This document shows, one piece after another, positions 17,636 to 20,000 of a stretch of DNA of 20,000 nt. The stretch lies in IMG/VR virus record IMGVR_UViG_3300025652_000050, one strand, 5' to 3'. The notes beneath the pieces are model-generated. The model did not search any database and was not told the origin of the DNA. It was given only the letters and a program-made list of their open reading frames with translations. The position numbers and the translations under genes were made by a program. Origin of the DNA: an uncultured virus (IMG/VR IMGVR_UViG_3300025652_000050). Taxonomy: Duplodnaviria > Heunggongvirae > Uroviricota > Caudoviricetes > Crassvirales. Within the stretch, counting starts at the first letter, position 1; the number at the start of each line of letters is the position of its first letter.

Positions 17636-17770
17636 GGTTAACGTTTTGCAGCTTGCGAAAGTGGCGTTTTTTAGTACCAAGCCTTTACAAATATACACTA
17701 ACTTTTAAATTTAAAAAATATGTTTATAGATACATCCTAAACTAGCCATTTTTGCAAACTGCTGTTGTGC
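17636..17770 (-). repeat. attC-like hairpin 7
   Basis: GGTTAAC..GCAGCTTGCGAAAGTGGC ... GCCATTTTTGCAAACTGC-T-GTTGTGC. Confidence 0.85.
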
Positions 17771-17785
17771 GTTCGGTTTTTATTA

Positions 17786-18211
17786 TTAAATTTTAGTATA
17801 AACTATAACTACACTAATAGACAAACCATTTCCTTCCCTTTGAAAGCTAGTGATTAATGAGTTGTTTGTTAATTCATCAATGTTTACTTTAAATATTGGT
17901 TCATCTAAACCAGGATCATCAAATACATAAGTTATTTTATTATTAGATAAAGAGTAGTCAGATGGGTCTAAATAACTAGTTGTTCCACATAAATAATGTT
18001 CATAGTATCTATTATCAGTTTTATACTCTTTATAAGTTCCTGTTGAGCAGTTGTCTAGATTCATAACTTCATTATTATTTTTAATAGAAACTATTTTCCA
18101 CTTTCCAATTAATAATGTTCCATCAATATTTTGATTTGAATCATCATTTTTTGAGCAAGAAGAGAAAGTAAGAATAAATAAAGAGAAAAGTAGTGTAATT
18201 AAATTTTTCAT
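17786..18211 (-). CDS. Bacteroidota-type lipoprotein with lipocalin-like domain (cassette 7, antisense to the rest of the array)
   Basis: Signal peptide plus lipobox 'FSSC-SKNDD', 'LIGKWKIVS' and beta-barrel pattern. Confidence 0.8.
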   Translation of the reverse strand: MKNLITLLFSLFILTFSSCSKNDDSNQNIDGTLLIGKWKIVSIKNNNEVMNLDNCSTGTYKEYKTDNRYYEHYLCGTTSYLDPSDYSLSNNKITYVFDDPGLDEPIFKVNIDELTNNSLITSFQREGNGLSISVVIVYTKI

Positions 18212-18353
18212 AGATAAAAGTTGTTTAAAATTGAATACAATATTAAAATAAAAAAAGATTAGAATTTTACGGTAAACCGTAAAGTGGTTAAAAAATAATT
18301 ATGTGGTTTAATATTCCTCCACAAAAAAGGAATTAAAATTAAAATTAAAAATC

Positions 18354-18539
18354 ATGTCAAAAACACAAAAAAACCAAGACAAAATAAACATTTCTGAACC
18401 AATAAAAGCTATTGAATCTCCTGAAACCATAAATAAAGCAATAGAAATACTTTCTATACTTAGAGGAAAAACAATAGATGAGTGTGTAAAAACTTTAGGA
18501 TTAGCAAGGGAATTACTTTTTACTAATTCTAATTTCTAG
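18354..18539 (+). CDS. cassette 7 small hypothetical protein
   Basis: 61-aa ORF with an A-rich upstream region. Confidence 0.6.
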   Translation: MSKTQKNQDKINISEPIKAIESPETINKAIEILSILRGKTIDECVKTLGLARELLFTNSNF

Positions 18540-18672
18540 ACATTATTATATTAAGTATTCTTTTTAATAGAGTATTATTACCTGCTATATCTCCTTTTAG
18601 CTCATCAATTTCGCCACGTAAAGATTGGATTTCTTCTCTTAGTCTTCTGATTTCGTTCTCTAATTCATTCAT
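18529..18672 (-). CDS. 47-aa coiled-coil peptide (MNELENEIRRLREEIQSLRGEIDELKGDIAGNNTLLKRILNIIMSRN)
   Basis: Manually translated; clear heptad pattern; converges on and overlaps 18354..18539. Confidence 0.5.
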   Translation of the reverse strand: MNELENEIRRLREEIQSLRGEIDELKGDIAGNNTLLKRILNIIMSRN

Positions 18673-18746
18673 AATTTAATTTTTTTATTTATGTTAATAT
18701 TTCAATTTTATTATTTCTTTCGATTTTTACGTTCCACGAAACTGAC

Positions 18747-18878
18747 GCACAACGTCTTGCGTCTTGGCGAGGTTGCTGAGTACGGAAAAATAAATTATCA
18801 ATTTTAAACAAAATATTATGCGAAACGTAAACGTGATTAAACCACAAAATCAGCAATCTTGCCAAAACGCTGTTATGA
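18747..18878 (-). repeat. attC-like hairpin 8
   Basis: GCACAAC..GCGTCTTGGCGAGGTTGCTGA ... TCAGCAATCTTGCCAAAACGC-T-GTTATGA. Confidence 0.85.
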
Positions 18879-19153
18879 CCAGTTATTACTTGGTTAGGTA
18901 TTCAGGCGGAAGCTATGATGATTATTATAGTGCGGTTATTTTTGTTACTAACAACAAAAAGACTGCGACTAAATATTGTACTAAATTCAATAAAACTTTA
19001 AAAAAGTGGAAAGACTATTATAAACAATTTGAAACTAAAAAATACGGAATAATAACTTGGATAAGAGATGAGTACATTGATACAAAATTTTACCGATGGA
19101 ATAAACTTCAAAAAATCAGCCGATGTTATTACGAAGTCGTTTCGGTCAGATAA
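18818..19153 (+). CDS. cassette 8 hypothetical protein; starts inside hairpin 8
   Basis: 111-aa ORF 'YYLVRYSGGSYDDYY..VIFVT'. Confidence 0.75.
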   Translation: MRNVNVIKPQNQQSCQNAVMTSYYLVRYSGGSYDDYYSAVIFVTNNKKTATKYCTKFNKTLKKWKDYYKQFETKKYGIITWIRDEYIDTKFYRWNKLQKISRCYYEVVSVR

Positions 19154-19157
19154 TTGG

Positions 19158-19278
19158 TCATAACGGTTTGTATATGAAACGTTGCAGACCGAAACTTAAT
19201 AGATAGACACAAAGAATTGAATTATTAATAAACTAAATAAAAGACCACTAAAGCAATGTTTTATATACGTTGTTATGT
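19158..19278 (-). repeat. attC-like hairpin 9
   Basis: TCATAAC..GTATATGAAACGTTGC ... GCAATGTTTTATATAC-GTT-GTTATGT. Confidence 0.85.
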
Positions 19279-19290
19279 GGCGTTTGAATT

Positions 19291-19494
19291 ATGACTAAAA
19301 AAGAATCAGCACTTAGAGAATTACGTAAATTAATGGATATACTAAAAACTTGGGGGAATTGCCTTGTACCTACATTATCTGACCAAAAAGAAACTTACGC
19401 ACAGGACAGGTTAAACCATTTTGCAAATTACCTTATAAATGAAGAAGGTATGACCATTGAACAGATAGATGCCGAAATATTAGCACTTGACTAA
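19291..19494 (+). CDS. cassette 9 hypothetical protein
   Basis: 67-aa ORF between hairpins 9 and 10. Confidence 0.75.
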   Translation: MTKKESALRELRKLMDILKTWGNCLVPTLSDQKETYAQDRLNHFANYLINEEGMTIEQIDAEILALD

Positions 19495-19498
19495 TGCC

Positions 19499-19630
19499 TC
19501 ATAACGTTTCTCGGCTTTGCTTTGTTGCGGAAAAGTATGCCGAAAGTTTAGATTTAAAAACAAAATTAACAAATACAAACCAAACATTGGTTAAGCACTA
19601 AACCGCAATAGAGCAAAACCGATGTTATAA
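19499..19630 (-). repeat. attC-like hairpin 10 (homolog of hairpin 1)
   Basis: TCATAAC..TCGGCTTTGCTTTGTTGCGG ... CCGCAATAGAGCAAAACCGA-T-GTTATAA. Confidence 0.85.
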
Positions 19631-19642
19631 GTAGCTTTTATT

Positions 19643-19852
19643 ATGACAAACGAATATTTACAACAAAAATTTGGAGAATTAATTTATGAATTAGGTGAAA
19701 TTAACTTCAACGCAATTACAGATGATTTTTGGCAAAAACATATAAATGAAAATCAAAACTTCAACGAAAAGCAATTAGAATGTTTAAGGCATTTTGCAGA
19801 AGATTTAATAAAACACGAACTAAAAGAAATAACTAAAAAATACATTAGGTAG
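19643..19852 (+). CDS. cassette 10 hypothetical protein
   Basis: 69-aa ORF between hairpins 10 and 11. Confidence 0.75.
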   Translation: MTNEYLQQKFGELIYELGEINFNAITDDFWQKHINENQNFNEKQLECLRHFAEDLIKHELKEITKKYIR

Positions 19853-19879
19853 CTTAACCGCAATGTTCTTTAAAGTTAC

Positions 19880-20000
19880 TTATAACGGTTTGTATATGAA
19901 ACGTTGCAGACCGAAACTTAATAGATAGACACAAAGAATTGAATTATTAATAAACTAAATAAAAGACCACTAAAGCAATGTTTTATATACGTTGTTATGT
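19880..20000 (-). repeat. attC-like hairpin 11 (identical to hairpin 9)
   Basis: 19882-20000 is identical to 19160-19278. Confidence 0.85.

Larger units (their letters stand above)
15167..20000. mobile_element. integron-like gene cassette array (CALIN-like; 11 attC-like sites, 10 complete cassettes; runs off the window)
   Basis: Regular alternation of hairpin and small ORF; each cassette's GTT-end is complementary to its own AAC-end. Confidence 0.88.

Noticed and set aside
15167..20000. CRISPR array or simple terminators as an explanation of the repeats
   Set aside because: The repeats are 94-138 bp, divergent, separated by whole genes, lack U tails and have AAC/GTT cores; no cas genes are present.
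19160..20000. Diversity-generating retroelement TR/VR pair
   Set aside because: The copies are identical, non-coding, show no adenine-specific changes, and no reverse transcriptase is present.

Overview
AT-rich segment of a tailed phage or prophage, probably infecting Bacteroidota (Flavobacterium-like). This host call rests on TAnnTTTG promoter motifs, A-rich starts lacking Shine-Dalgarno sequences and a DUF3127-type SSB. 1-2176 is the 3' part of a very large LPD38-like (polyvalent/virion-ejected) gene. 2291-14859 is a leftward replication/recombination module: NinG/Rap-like nuclease, DnaB, initiator with iteron-like repeats, Cro-like HTH, antirepressor, SSB, MazG-like protein, exonuclease, RecT, excisionase-like HTH and a coiled-coil protein. 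The main discovery is at 15167-20000: an integron-like cassette array with 11 attC-like hairpins (AACG...TGTT, about 94-138 bp) separating 10 small-gene cassettes. Each cassette is bounded by its own complementary GTT.../...AAC ends, the signature of cassettes that circularise. A second mini-array (attI-like site at about 4200, one two-gene cassette, attC at 5017-5147) lies inside the replication operon. The hairpins appear inverted relative to classical integrons (the coding strand looks like the folding 'bottom' strand). Several hairpins supply start codons and N-terminal leaders to the next gene, and one hairpin is exactly duplicated. No integrase is present in the window.
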